A stretch of 64,000 nucleotides of DNA from a virus. The translations under genes and the position numbers were made by a program. Below are positions 8,724 through 18,074 of this stretch, piece after piece. The notes below the pieces were generated by a model. The model was not told the origin of the DNA. It ran no database searches and worked only from the letters and a program-made list of their open reading frames with translations. Location of the stretch: the IMG/VR virus record IMGVR_UViG_3300009499_000008, positions 15,675 through 79,674 of that record. The stretch is one strand, 5' to 3'. Positions within the stretch are counted from its first letter, which is position 1. Each line of letters starts with the position of its first letter.

Positions 8724-9397
8724 TAGCAACCAGAATCGCTGATTCCTTCTTTGCCATTTGCGAAGCACGTGCTTTGAGACCGTGTTTTGTTGCTTCTCAC
8801 TTAGTGACGGAGCACTCGTTCGTTTTAGACCCTGACTTGATCAAACCTTGGAAGCGTCTATTATCTCCAAGCTGTCGGGAATTGCAACTTTCAAGAAACG
8901 CACGCGAGACGGTTCGTGATCTATCTATCTTATATGAATGCTCTAAGCAAGTCATCTTGACTACCTTGATTCAACAACATCTGCCTGTTTTAGAATTTTC
9001 CTTAGTGGCCTACCCAGTCTTAGAAAAGCTTTCACACAGCCCATTTAGATCGGATGTAGGCATTTACATAGACATTTACGAAGTTCTTACCAATCTAGCA
9101 AGACAAGAAAAGGTCTCTCGTTCTAAGTTAGCTGGAGCCATATTCAGTTCTTTAGATAGAGATACCGTCTTTGGAATTGCTGTGTCACCGAGGTTTCGGA
9201 CTTATACAAAGCAGCTACACGATACGGCTGTGCCACTAAAGATTCCTGAGTCGTTCTATATCATTCTTAGAGAGACGAAGGATCGATATAAAACTGCAAT
9301 GTGTTCCTTGGCCTCTTTCATCCTTTACGAGGAATTCGAGAACACAGAGTCGATTGAGTTGAAAACAGATTGGCGTAGCCTTTTGTGCAACTTATAG
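8717..9397 (+). CDS. Tandem ribbon-helix-helix repeat protein; start uncertain (CTG 8717 or TTG 8774)
   Basis: 3-4 RHH-like segments; GGAGG at 8708-8712. Confidence 0.5.
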   Translation: MLIATRIADSFFAICEARALRPCFVASHLVTEHSFVLDPDLIKPWKRLLSPSCRELQLSRNARETVRDLSILYECSKQVILTTLIQQHLPVLEFSLVAYPVLEKLSHSPFRSDVGIYIDIYEVLTNLARQEKVSRSKLAGAIFSSLDRDTVFGIAVSPRFRTYTKQLHDTAVPLKIPESFYIILRETKDRYKTAMCSLASFILYEEFENTESIELKTDWRSLLCNL

Positions 9398-9636
9398 TCT
9401 TAATTATACTCTTGACCGGACTATGGATTTCCTTTGTCCTGCCATGTATTTTATCAAAGATAGAGAGACCTGCGATGAACCTAGAGGCGCTAAAGCTAGA
9501 ACTAGAGCCAAAGATAGAACTAAAGATCGACGGACCAGATTTCTATGAATATGTAGATGGGGATCAGATTGTCAGAGCGGAGAAAGGATCGGTGATGTAT
9601 ATGATAATCCATCAAAGTTTGAATCGAAGGAGATAA
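9385..9636 (+). CDS. Membrane-anchored hypothetical protein
   Basis: N-terminal TM helix. Confidence 0.6.
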   Translation: MQLIVLIILLTGLWISFVLPCILSKIERPAMNLEALKLELEPKIELKIDGPDFYEYVDGDQIVRAEKGSVMYMIIHQSLNRRR

Positions 9637-9637
9637 T

Positions 9638-10063
9638 ATGACTATTAGAGACGATGTAATCCAGCGTTTGTTGAAAATCCCTGATGAAATCGAAGCTGCC
9701 GAGCAGCATTGTATTGATGGGCAAGTACACTTAGCTGAGATAAAACGTGTTAACGTAGAATCAGCACGGCGGGCTTTACAGCGAGCAGAATTTGAGGCCA
9801 GTGCTTTAGCTTATGGCTTGGATGATCCTGAATCGGCGAAAGTGAGGGGACGCAACGCAGAGATTCGAAAGATTGAACTTGGTCGATTTTTGTGTCAAAA
9901 CAGAGGAGTAATCGCTGCACAACGGATAGTAAATTTAGCAGCAAAAGACATTACTATAGCAGAGGCTGACTTAGCAAGGTTAGAAGCAAGATTACATGGG
10001 AGGCAGAATCAATTGAGAGCTGATATAGCTCTCGCACAACTCTTAGGAGGAAGAGATGACTGA
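9638..10063 (+). CDS. Coiled-coil hypothetical protein
   Basis: AGGAG SD; GRNAEIRK motif. Confidence 0.7.
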   Translation: MTIRDDVIQRLLKIPDEIEAAEQHCIDGQVHLAEIKRVNVESARRALQRAEFEASALAYGLDDPESAKVRGRNAEIRKIELGRFLCQNRGVIAAQRIVNLAAKDITIAEADLARLEARLHGRQNQLRADIALAQLLGGRDD

Positions 10064-10808
10064 ATTGGTTGTACAGGGAGAGCAGTTGCCAGATATTCCA
10101 GAGATCCCTGAAGATCTCGTCGGAGCTGGTATGGAGGACTTTGAGAGGGCAGATTTGATAATCCCTCGTTATATGAGGAGGGAGTCTCTTTCAAAGATCA
10201 CTGAGGGTGAGTTGGGTTGGTTCATCAACAACGTCACCAGAAGCGCAAAGGAGGAAATCAAGGCAGTATTGTTGCGATTCACTCATGGTAGAGCTATGTT
10301 TGATTCGAAAGGCAATCTTATGTGCTCCAGCGACAACGCCCATACTCCAAGGGAGCGGTTTGCTGGCGAGTATGCTAAAACTTGTGCCGAGTGTGAACAC
10401 GCCAACTGGGGCAAGGATCGAACCAGGCCAAAGTGCCCGATCATGTATAACTTCCTCTGTTGGGACTTGGAGGAGGATACTCCCTTCATGTTGTCTATGC
10501 GCGGTATGAGCGTTAGACACGCGAAGAGAGTTCTGAGCGAATTCAAGCTTCGCTTCAAGTCTGTCCTCTTTGCCAGACCTGTGACGATTTCCTCGATTGG
10601 CCCGATCACAGGGGACATTGGCAGTTGGCACGAAACGGTGATTGCCGTCGATGAAGAAGCTGCTAAGACGTATGATTGGCGGCCTTTTTACCAGAAATTC
10701 CTCGAACTCCAAGAATTCCAAGTCACTGCAGAGGCCGAAGAGATCACTGAGACTGATGAAGAGGCAGAGTCAATCGAAGAGGAGGAAGGTGAGGATATTC
10801 CAGTGTAG
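10056..10808 (+). CDS. Putative ssDNA-binding/annealing protein
   Basis: C...CxxC...C Zn motif; very acidic tail ending EDIPV. Confidence 0.6.
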   Translation: MTELVVQGEQLPDIPEIPEDLVGAGMEDFERADLIIPRYMRRESLSKITEGELGWFINNVTRSAKEEIKAVLLRFTHGRAMFDSKGNLMCSSDNAHTPRERFAGEYAKTCAECEHANWGKDRTRPKCPIMYNFLCWDLEEDTPFMLSMRGMSVRHAKRVLSEFKLRFKSVLFARPVTISSIGPITGDIGSWHETVIAVDEEAAKTYDWRPFYQKFLELQEFQVTAEAEEITETDEEAESIEEEEGEDIPV

Positions 10809-10809
10809 T

Positions 10810-10838
10810 TTGACGGCTAGTTCTTTTTGTGCTACCAT
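10810..10838 (+). promoter_or_regulatory. sigma70-type promoter TTGACG-17-TACCAT, extended -10 TG
   Basis: Near-consensus, same TGTGC-TA context as the 5486 promoter. Confidence 0.75.
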
Positions 10839-10843
10839 AGTAT

Positions 10844-10950
10844 GCAACCCTCGTTGACGAGGTGGGATGGCCTCCACCCCTCACGGTGAATGCGGCGTAA
10901 CCACCGTGTTGAAGTTCGCTGCAACAATATACTAAGCAACGAGGGTTTGC
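10844..10950 (+). ncRNA. Candidate multibranch structured RNA
   Basis: 11-bp closing stem 10846-10856/10937-10947 enclosing 2-3 hairpins. Confidence 0.5.
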
Positions 10951-10979
10951 CTTCTAAAATATGGAGATAGGGAGATTCT

Positions 10980-11447
10980 ATGGATCATGCTGAGGCATTG
11001 GAGACCTCCGAAGCAAAGTTAATGATGCTCCACGAGATTATGTGGGAGACCGACGCTTACATAATGGGTGGGAAGCTGGAAGATATTCCGAGACCTCACA
11101 TCCGTAAGTGGCCCACCAGCAAACAACGTCGGATCGTAGATGTCAGGTTCGCGGACTATAAATGGAGAGGCTACCAGCACATCTACGTGGACATCGTGGA
11201 GGAGTTCAACTACCTCTGGGACATGCAGACCAACTGGCCGCATAATGGGAAAGGATGTTGGAGGGAGGCATTCGATGACTTTGATGGTCAAGGACGCACA
11301 TTCCATAAGCGCTTCAACCAGCGGTTGGAGGCGGAAGCTTATGCTAGGGAAGTCTGCATTGAGAACTTTTCGTCTGAGACCCACGAAATCCTCAGAAATT
11401 GTTCGCCCGTAGAAACTGACTTCTATTACAGACGTGAAGGTGACTGA
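10980..11447 (+). CDS. Hypothetical protein
   Basis: GGGAG SD, ORF. Confidence 0.7.
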   Translation: MDHAEALETSEAKLMMLHEIMWETDAYIMGGKLEDIPRPHIRKWPTSKQRRIVDVRFADYKWRGYQHIYVDIVEEFNYLWDMQTNWPHNGKGCWREAFDDFDGQGRTFHKRFNQRLEAEAYAREVCIENFSSETHEILRNCSPVETDFYYRREGD

Positions 11448-11514
11448 TGATTTTGGTGCAGGCGGAGTCGTCTGACCGCTGCCCATCGACATCGGCCATA
11501 AGAGAGGAGCATAG

Positions 11515-11817
11515 ATGTTGGCACAAAAGGCAACATCAATACGACCCAACCAGTTGACTCTGGCAATGCAGGAAGCTATTCTCATGATAGGATTCGGCGT
11601 CTCCGCTGGCCCAGATGGTTACTACTCCCTCGACGATCCAGGCGAACGATTAAATCTGCGCAGTGCAGAGGCATTAGCCAGACGTGGTTTGATCTACTAC
11701 TTCATCAGCGGCGGGGCTCCTATGCGCGGGAACCTGAGACTGACGCCAATTGGTGAAGCGTTGTTCGAAGAAATCCGCGAACTGCACTACACAGCAAGAA
11801 AACCGTCACTCTTCTAA
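11515..11817 (+). CDS. Winged-helix-like protein
   Basis: LT..Q...L, ALARRGLI, RLTPIG. Confidence 0.6.
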   Translation: MLAQKATSIRPNQLTLAMQEAILMIGFGVSAGPDGYYSLDDPGERLNLRSAEALARRGLIYYFISGGAPMRGNLRLTPIGEALFEEIRELHYTARKPSLF

Positions 11818-11829
11818 ATGAGATAAAAT

Positions 11830-14346
11830 TTGCTCCTCGAAAATATATTCGCCGACCTGAAAACCAACGAACAAATCTTGGTCACTCATCGACCCTCCGC
11901 AGAGAAAGGTCTTCTGCCTGGGACTTTAGTGAACGACGTTGTAAGTGCCCTTGCTTATCAAGATCAATACAAAGACTGCTGTTGCTTTTTTGGCGTAGCT
12001 CCTCGTATCAGGGGCCAAAAAGAGGTGATTAGCAGGGTCACTTGTGTATGGGCCGATGTAGACGATAAAGATTTTGGCTCATCGGAAAGTGCCAAGACAG
12101 CCATCCAAGAAGTCCCTGCACTTCCTACCTGTATTATTTCCAGCGGCCACGGTTTCCATGCTTATTGGAAATTACAAACTGCAGTAACCCCTAAAAGGGC
12201 GCAAGAGATCATGCGTGCTTTCTGCAACGCCATCGGATCAGACCCAACGCATCATGCAGGATGGCGTTTGCGCATTCCAGGAAGTATAAACTTTAAGGAA
12301 CCCGATCAGCCAATCCCTGTAAAAGTCATCGAATTCAACGAGCATCTAGCCTACGACTCCAACGATCTTTTGAGACTTTGCAAAGTTGTACAAAAAAGCA
12401 AGGACATGATGTGGTCTACAGAACTCCACAACAAAAAACTCTGGGAGTATCGTTCTCGCAGCGAACGCGATCTAGCCGTAATAATGGAGTTAGTAAGGTG
12501 CAAGATCTCCGACGCTGGGATAGAGCAACTATGTTTATCGCTTCCGTTTGGTGAAAGAATCCAAGAAGACGGTGGCCTCCGACTTTTACACAACTACGAT
12601 CTTCCAAAGGCGAAGGATCGTGCAAATCGAATACTCTCAACAAGTTTTCAAGAAAGTGCAAGTCACTGCTATTGGTACATCACAGATACCAAACGTAAAA
12701 AAGTAAGTACGTTCGTGATAAAACCAAAAAAGCTCCTAAGATCAGTCGAAAGCGGCGAAGATATAATTTTTGGTGGTGTGCAATCGCTCGATGGAGAAGT
12801 CGCTAGTCAAGCATTTCCTCGATCAGTATTCAATTCGACGATGAACTTTCTAAAACAGACAAAAAATGCTTCCTGGCAATGGTTGGGGACAGACTTTGAG
12901 ATACGTAGCCTTCTTCCAGCACTCATGGAGCGTCTTAGGGAGGATGATGCGCCCACAGCTTATGGAACTCAAATTTTAGGAAGGCAAAAAGATTTTTGGG
13001 TCACACAAAATATGACCTTCGACGCTAAAAGATTATACGAGGGCGATGATACTCCTTATGTCTACATCCCTACAGGCCGCAATCCACCCAAGCTGACTTA
13101 TGAGTTCCCTGATTCGGCGAAGTATACAAAGTTGATACAAAATATCTGCAAGTATCTACCAAGGATAAATCATGCCGATGTAATGACTACTATCATTGGG
13201 TGGTTTTTTGCAGCCCCATTAGCTACGGTCTTTAGAGAGGCTAAGATTCATTTCCCACACCTAAATATCGTAGGAACCACTGGCAGCGGTAAGACAACTA
13301 CTGTAGAGAGCATATTCTTGCCTTTATTTGGCTATGATCCTCCAACGGCTTACTCTTATCACATGACAAGGTTTAGTTTAATTTCTTTATTCAGTTCTAC
13401 CAACGCAGTCCCAATCTCCTTTGGTGACTACAGAGCCATAAGTCGTTCTCAACGACACGCTGATTTCCTCGATATACTGCGTACTGCATATGACTGGCAG
13501 GTAGATGTACGAGGGAGGTCAGATCAAACAACGACAGAGTATCCACTCATTGCCCCTGTGTGTGTCGATGGTGAAGATGCTTTGGACGATACTACAGGCG
13601 CTATCAAAGAACGTGCTTTAATTGTATATCTTCATCCAGACACTATCAAAGAGGGCAGTCCTCGTTATAAAGCTATGCAGACGTTGATCAAATATCCTTT
13701 GAGACTCTTCGCAGGTAGGTATATCCAATTTACTTTGGAATACAAACAAAAGGAGATTTCTGAAATGTTCGATGATGCTATGTCTGAGTTGTTTACGGTG
13801 TTTCCAGAAGTCCTACCAGACAGATTGCGAAAAAATCTCGCCGTCGCTGTAGTAGGAATCAAGTCATATAATGAATTCGCTAGGAGATATGGGGCAAAGA
13901 TGATAAATTGGGATAGAGCGGACTTTATGGCTACTCTAGACAACATCATGTTGAAGACAGTCACAGGGGGTACACGAATTGCGGTGGATAGTTTCGTCGA
14001 AGACGTGGTAAACTACGTGTCCTTGCGTAGCAGTCCAGAGCGGTTTAAGTGGCTTTATGACGATGAAGCAAATATCCTCTGGATACAAATTTATGCAGCG
14101 TGGGGTTGGTGGAAGACAGAGCGATCTCGACAGGGACGTGGCAGCATGGAATACAAGTCTATCGTGATTCAATTAGAGGAGCGTCAGAAGAAGTATGTGA
14201 TCGGAACTAAGGCTATACCCATCTCTGGTGAGATGCGCAGATGCACTGGCATCCATCTAGGACGCTGTTTCAAGTGTGGATTAGAAGTACCCGATAGACT
14301 CTCGTTACACGAAGAAATCGGTGACATCGGAGAGGATTACACATGA
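11830..14346 (+). CDS. Primase-helicase (RepB-type AEP primase plus P-loop helicase)
   Basis: WADVD, SSGHGFHAYW, RIPGSIN; Walker A GTTGSGKTT. Confidence 0.85.
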   Translation: MLLENIFADLKTNEQILVTHRPSAEKGLLPGTLVNDVVSALAYQDQYKDCCCFFGVAPRIRGQKEVISRVTCVWADVDDKDFGSSESAKTAIQEVPALPTCIISSGHGFHAYWKLQTAVTPKRAQEIMRAFCNAIGSDPTHHAGWRLRIPGSINFKEPDQPIPVKVIEFNEHLAYDSNDLLRLCKVVQKSKDMMWSTELHNKKLWEYRSRSERDLAVIMELVRCKISDAGIEQLCLSLPFGERIQEDGGLRLLHNYDLPKAKDRANRILSTSFQESASHCYWYITDTKRKKVSTFVIKPKKLLRSVESGEDIIFGGVQSLDGEVASQAFPRSVFNSTMNFLKQTKNASWQWLGTDFEIRSLLPALMERLREDDAPTAYGTQILGRQKDFWVTQNMTFDAKRLYEGDDTPYVYIPTGRNPPKLTYEFPDSAKYTKLIQNICKYLPRINHADVMTTIIGWFFAAPLATVFREAKIHFPHLNIVGTTGSGKTTTVESIFLPLFGYDPPTAYSYHMTRFSLISLFSSTNAVPISFGDYRAISRSQRHADFLDILRTAYDWQVDVRGRSDQTTTEYPLIAPVCVDGEDALDDTTGAIKERALIVYLHPDTIKEGSPRYKAMQTLIKYPLRLFAGRYIQFTLEYKQKEISEMFDDAMSELFTVFPEVLPDRLRKNLAVAVVGIKSYNEFARRYGAKMINWDRADFMATLDNIMLKTVTGGTRIAVDSFVEDVVNYVSLRSSPERFKWLYDDEANILWIQIYAAWGWWKTERSRQGRGSMEYKSIVIQLEERQKKYVIGTKAIPISGEMRRCTGIHLGRCFKCGLEVPDRLSLHEEIGDIGEDYT

Positions 14347-14358
14347 GAGGAGGGATTA

Positions 14359-14610
14359 ATGGAAGAGTGGGGCATTTGGGATGGTGGTGAATGGTGGACC
14401 GACAAAAATGGCTTAGTTTTTCATACCACTGCAAAAGAGGTGGCTCTAGCTCAATTAGACTATATCTGGGAGCATTGGTTAACCAGAGATGGCGTGGGGC
14501 ATTTCTCGGTCAAGTCTTTCCAAACAGGAGAAGTGATTCGGATTGTACACCCTGGATTGGCCCATGCAAAGTGGGAATATCGAGTGGCTATGGAACATAG
14601 GAGGATGTGA
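14359..14610 (+). CDS. Hypothetical protein
   Basis: SD, ORF. Confidence 0.65.
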   Translation: MEEWGIWDGGEWWTDKNGLVFHTTAKEVALAQLDYIWEHWLTRDGVGHFSVKSFQTGEVIRIVHPGLAHAKWEYRVAMEHRRM

Positions 14611-14611
14611 T

Positions 14612-14818
14612 ATGCAAACACCAACTATATTAAGAGTCAGCTTGGAGCCTTTCAGCCCAGCCTGCGGCGGGGGTTTGGAAATGCAGGAGGATGTTTGGAC
14701 GGTGTATGATATAAACACCAACAAACCCATAGGCTTTGCATTGCTCTGCCCGTGGTGTGGAAAGGCGTTGAAGACTTCAGAAGTCGGTTGGCGAGAGAGG
14801 AAAGAGGAGGAACGATGA
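14612..14818 (+). CDS. Small Cys-containing protein
   Basis: AGGAGG SD; CPWCG. Confidence 0.6.
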   Translation: MQTPTILRVSLEPFSPACGGGLEMQEDVWTVYDINTNKPIGFALLCPWCGKALKTSEVGWRERKEEER

Positions 14819-15027
14819 CTTGGAAAGATCTTTGGCTTCCCTTAGCAAACGTAATTATGTTCTTTGTATTGTTTGGGAGTGCTCAATTTATCAGTGATAG
14901 TAATCCTGAAGAAGCTACGAGGCGTAGAATTCATGCTTTATGTTGGCTCAACTTAGGCTTTTTATTACTAGCGATTGCGGTTCTCAGTCACTTGGGAATA
15001 ATCATTCCTGTTGGAGTTATACCGTGA
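14815..15027 (+). CDS. Small two-TM membrane protein
   Basis: ATGA overlap; two hydrophobic helices. Confidence 0.6.
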   Translation: MTWKDLWLPLANVIMFFVLFGSAQFISDSNPEEATRRRIHALCWLNLGFLLLAIAVLSHLGIIIPVGVIP

Positions 15028-17273
15028 CTGACTGCGCCTCCTGCCCACTTCAAGGTCAGAAACTCGTCTACGGGAATGGACCTGATAAGCCGCGTTACGT
15101 CGTAGTCGGTGAAGGCCCTGGGCGTGAGGAAGATAGGCAGGGTAAGGTCTTTGTGGGCGCAAGTGGTCAGCTTCTCCACAGGGCTATCAAACTCGCTGGT
15201 TTGACTGATATTTTCTTCACTAATACAACGTTTTGTTATCCAACTGATACGAAATATAAAGTCCCTGCCGCTCATTGTTGCCGTGAGCGTTTGATACAAG
15301 AGATTCGAGAACACGAGCCTGAACTGATCATCACTCTGGGAGCCATTGCTACAGATATTCTATTAGGTAAGGAGGCTGGAATCACCTTGCGTCGTGGTCG
15401 CGTATCTTACTCTGAAGAACTAGGGGTTGAAGTCTTACCTGCTATTCATCCTGCCGCTGTGCTTCGTGATATAAATTACTATAGAGACGTTTTGTTTGAT
15501 TTGAAGAAGGCACGTTTTTGGTTTATGCCTTCCTATCGTAGTAGTTACGATTTATCTCAACCAGATGTCGATTGGTCTATCGTCGATGATCCAAAGCAAG
15601 TATTCGATGCTTTATCGAATTCACCGATGGCTGTCTTCGATATTGAAACTTCCAGTCTTGATCCCCTAGACTGCGAGATCCTCTGTGGCGTCGTAGCTAC
15701 TAAAGAAAGCATCTTGGTTCTTTCAAAGACTCTAGCCAACAACGTTTCCTTTATGACTTCATTGGCTGAGTACGATACGTGTTGGATTGGGCACAACTTT
15801 AAGTTCGACCGCAAAGTATTGAAGGCACGCCTTGGCGTAGATTTCCAATTCGATTTCGATACTATGTTAGCTCATTACATCCTCGATGAGCGCACTAAGA
15901 AACGTAAGGGTAATCACGGCTTGAAGCATCTTGCAAGAGTTTATTTGAATGCCCACGACTGGGATGTGAAGCTCCCCAGAAAAAAGAGTTATGCTGATTT
16001 GTCACAGGAGGTGCTTTATAAGTATACTATGTGGGACGGTTTCTATACGTATAGATTGGCAGAATACTTTATAAAAGCCCTTGAAAGATATCCTAAGCAA
16101 CGAGCTGTTGTGGATAATATCTTAGTACCACTTGCAAATGTCTTGGCAGATGTGGAGCTCTTTGGTACTAGAATCGATCTTGCCGAGGTGCAACGAGTCG
16201 ATGAACAACTCGGCGGTGAGTTAGAACAGCTACGAATCTATCTTAGAGAATTGGCTGGACACGAATTCAATCCTAACAGCACCCAACAACTGGCAAAGAT
16301 TTTGTTTGATGAATTCAAACTACCACAAATCAAGAAACGTTCCACTGACAAAGAAGTATTGGCTAAACTCAAAGGACATCCTTTTGTAGAGGAGTTACTT
16401 AAATATCGCAAATTGAAAAAGTTACACTCCACCTATGTTGTTTCTCTGGCAAAGGATGCACACAGTGGCAGGGTACACACGCAATTTCATATTCCTGGCA
16501 CAGTCACAGGACGATTGAGTTCCAGAGGGCCAAACTTACAAAATCAGCCTGCTGATACACCACTTATTCGTAACTTCTTTGTCGCTGATGAAGGTATGAA
16601 ACTTATTTATGCTGACTTGTCTCAAGCAGAATTTAGAGTGATGGCCATCTTATCTGGCGATCCCTTCCTAATAAATACATATAAAAAGGGCGGGGATCTC
16701 CATGATGAGATGGCCAAAACTCTCTTCGGCCCAGACTTCAATCCTGTGGAACGAGGGATAGCTAAATCCTGTAATTTTGGATTAGCCTATGGTATGGGTA
16801 TAAAACGTATGGTAACTAATGTCAATGTTCCTGGTGTTGACTACTATCAAGCTGAACGAATTGTCCGAGAATACTTTACTAGAATTCCTCGTTTTGTACG
16901 CTGGCGCGAGGAAATCCAAAATAGGATCATCAAAGACCGTTATTTAGAGACTTCTCTGGGTAGGCGTAGGCGTTTTCCCTACATATCCAGAAGATTCAGA
17001 GGAGAAGTCTTTCGTCAAGGAATCAACTTCTTACCTCAATCAATCGCTAGCGACATTACCGTGCTTTCTTTGATAAAGATCGCGCAAAAAACTCAAGTAT
17101 TACTTACCGTCCACGACTCAATATTATGTCAAGCACCCAAGGAGATCGCACAAGAGATAGTTACTGAGATCGCTGAAATCATGCAAACTACAGCAGCAGA
17201 AGTCTGCGGTGACAGAATACCATTTTTAGTTAGCATCGCCGTCGGCGATAGATGGGGGGAATTAGATGTCTAA
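15024..17273 (+). CDS. polA: Family A DNA polymerase with N-terminal uracil-DNA glycosylase (family 4-like) and 3'-5' exonuclease domains
   Basis: CxxC, GEGPG, HPAA (UDG); DIET, HNFKFD, YTMWD (exo); TGRLSS, DLSQAE, KxxNFGLAYG, VHDS (pol). Confidence 0.92.
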   Translation: MTDCASCPLQGQKLVYGNGPDKPRYVVVGEGPGREEDRQGKVFVGASGQLLHRAIKLAGLTDIFFTNTTFCYPTDTKYKVPAAHCCRERLIQEIREHEPELIITLGAIATDILLGKEAGITLRRGRVSYSEELGVEVLPAIHPAAVLRDINYYRDVLFDLKKARFWFMPSYRSSYDLSQPDVDWSIVDDPKQVFDALSNSPMAVFDIETSSLDPLDCEILCGVVATKESILVLSKTLANNVSFMTSLAEYDTCWIGHNFKFDRKVLKARLGVDFQFDFDTMLAHYILDERTKKRKGNHGLKHLARVYLNAHDWDVKLPRKKSYADLSQEVLYKYTMWDGFYTYRLAEYFIKALERYPKQRAVVDNILVPLANVLADVELFGTRIDLAEVQRVDEQLGGELEQLRIYLRELAGHEFNPNSTQQLAKILFDEFKLPQIKKRSTDKEVLAKLKGHPFVEELLKYRKLKKLHSTYVVSLAKDAHSGRVHTQFHIPGTVTGRLSSRGPNLQNQPADTPLIRNFFVADEGMKLIYADLSQAEFRVMAILSGDPFLINTYKKGGDLHDEMAKTLFGPDFNPVERGIAKSCNFGLAYGMGIKRMVTNVNVPGVDYYQAERIVREYFTRIPRFVRWREEIQNRIIKDRYLETSLGRRRRFPYISRRFRGEVFRQGINFLPQSIASDITVLSLIKIAQKTQVLLTVHDSILCQAPKEIAQEIVTEIAEIMQTTAAEVCGDRIPFLVSIAVGDRWGELDV

Positions 17274-17469
17274 ACTTATGCCAAACTTAGTCGAGGCAAA
17301 TTGTGGAAGCTGTGCTCACTGTGAGCGACTTTACTATGAAGACTTTATGGGATTTCTTCTGGAGACTGCTTCCGCTGATAGAAAACAGCTTGCTTTGGGG
17401 CGTTGTATTTCCAAAAATTTATTGGTGACATTAGTGAGTTCCTGCAAGGAATGGAAAGATACAATATGA
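17266..17469 (+). CDS. Small Cys-rich protein
   Basis: CxxCxxC...C...C. Confidence 0.6.
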   Translation: MSKLMPNLVEANCGSCAHCERLYYEDFMGFLLETASADRKQLALGRCISKNLLVTLVSSCKEWKDTI

Positions 17470-18074
17470 ACAATATACAACTTTATCACGGTGACTGCTT
17501 AGAAGTGATGAAGATGCTGCCTGATGCCTCTGTGGACGCAGTAATAACTGATCCTCCATATCTACGAAAGTATCTTCCACTATATGGTCTGATGGCGGCA
17601 GAATTACCAAGACTACTCAAACGAGGAGGTAGTTTATTGGCAATAGTGCCCCACTATGCAATGCCAGAAGTTTTAACTATGGTAGGACGGTATCTCAAAT
17701 ATCGCTGGATATGTTGTATGTGGCAGATGGTTGGGAATCATCCGCGTATGGCGATGGGAATAGAAGTAATATGGAAACCTATAGTATGGTGGGTGAATAA
17801 AGCATGGCCGCAGAGACGTGGTTTTGTTCGAGATGGCTTTGAGAATGTACAACCTACAAAGTTATTACATAAATGGGAACAGTCTTTGAGTTGGGCTGAG
17901 TATTGTTTGCGATTTGTACCAGCGGGAGCCGCTGTGATCGATCCTTTTATGGGTAGCGGAACAACTGGCGTGGCCTGCATCCAAGCGGGGCACAACTTTA
18001 TCGGTATTGAGATCGATGAGGGATATTTTAACGTCGCCAAGCAACGCATCGAGGAGGCGCAACGAACATGCTAA
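17466..18074 (+). CDS. DNA N6-adenine/N4-cytosine methyltransferase (beta class)
   Basis: DPPY then DPFMGSGTT, GIEID. Confidence 0.9.
   Translation: MNNIQLYHGDCLEVMKMLPDASVDAVITDPPYLRKYLPLYGLMAAELPRLLKRGGSLLAIVPHYAMPEVLTMVGRYLKYRWICCMWQMVGNHPRMAMGIEVIWKPIVWWVNKAWPQRRGFVRDGFENVQPTKLLHKWEQSLSWAEYCLRFVPAGAAVIDPFMGSGTTGVACIQAGHNFIGIEIDEGYFNVAKQRIEEAQRTC

Noticed and set aside
10844-10950. tRNA gene
   Set aside because: No canonical D or T loops, arm lengths or CCA.
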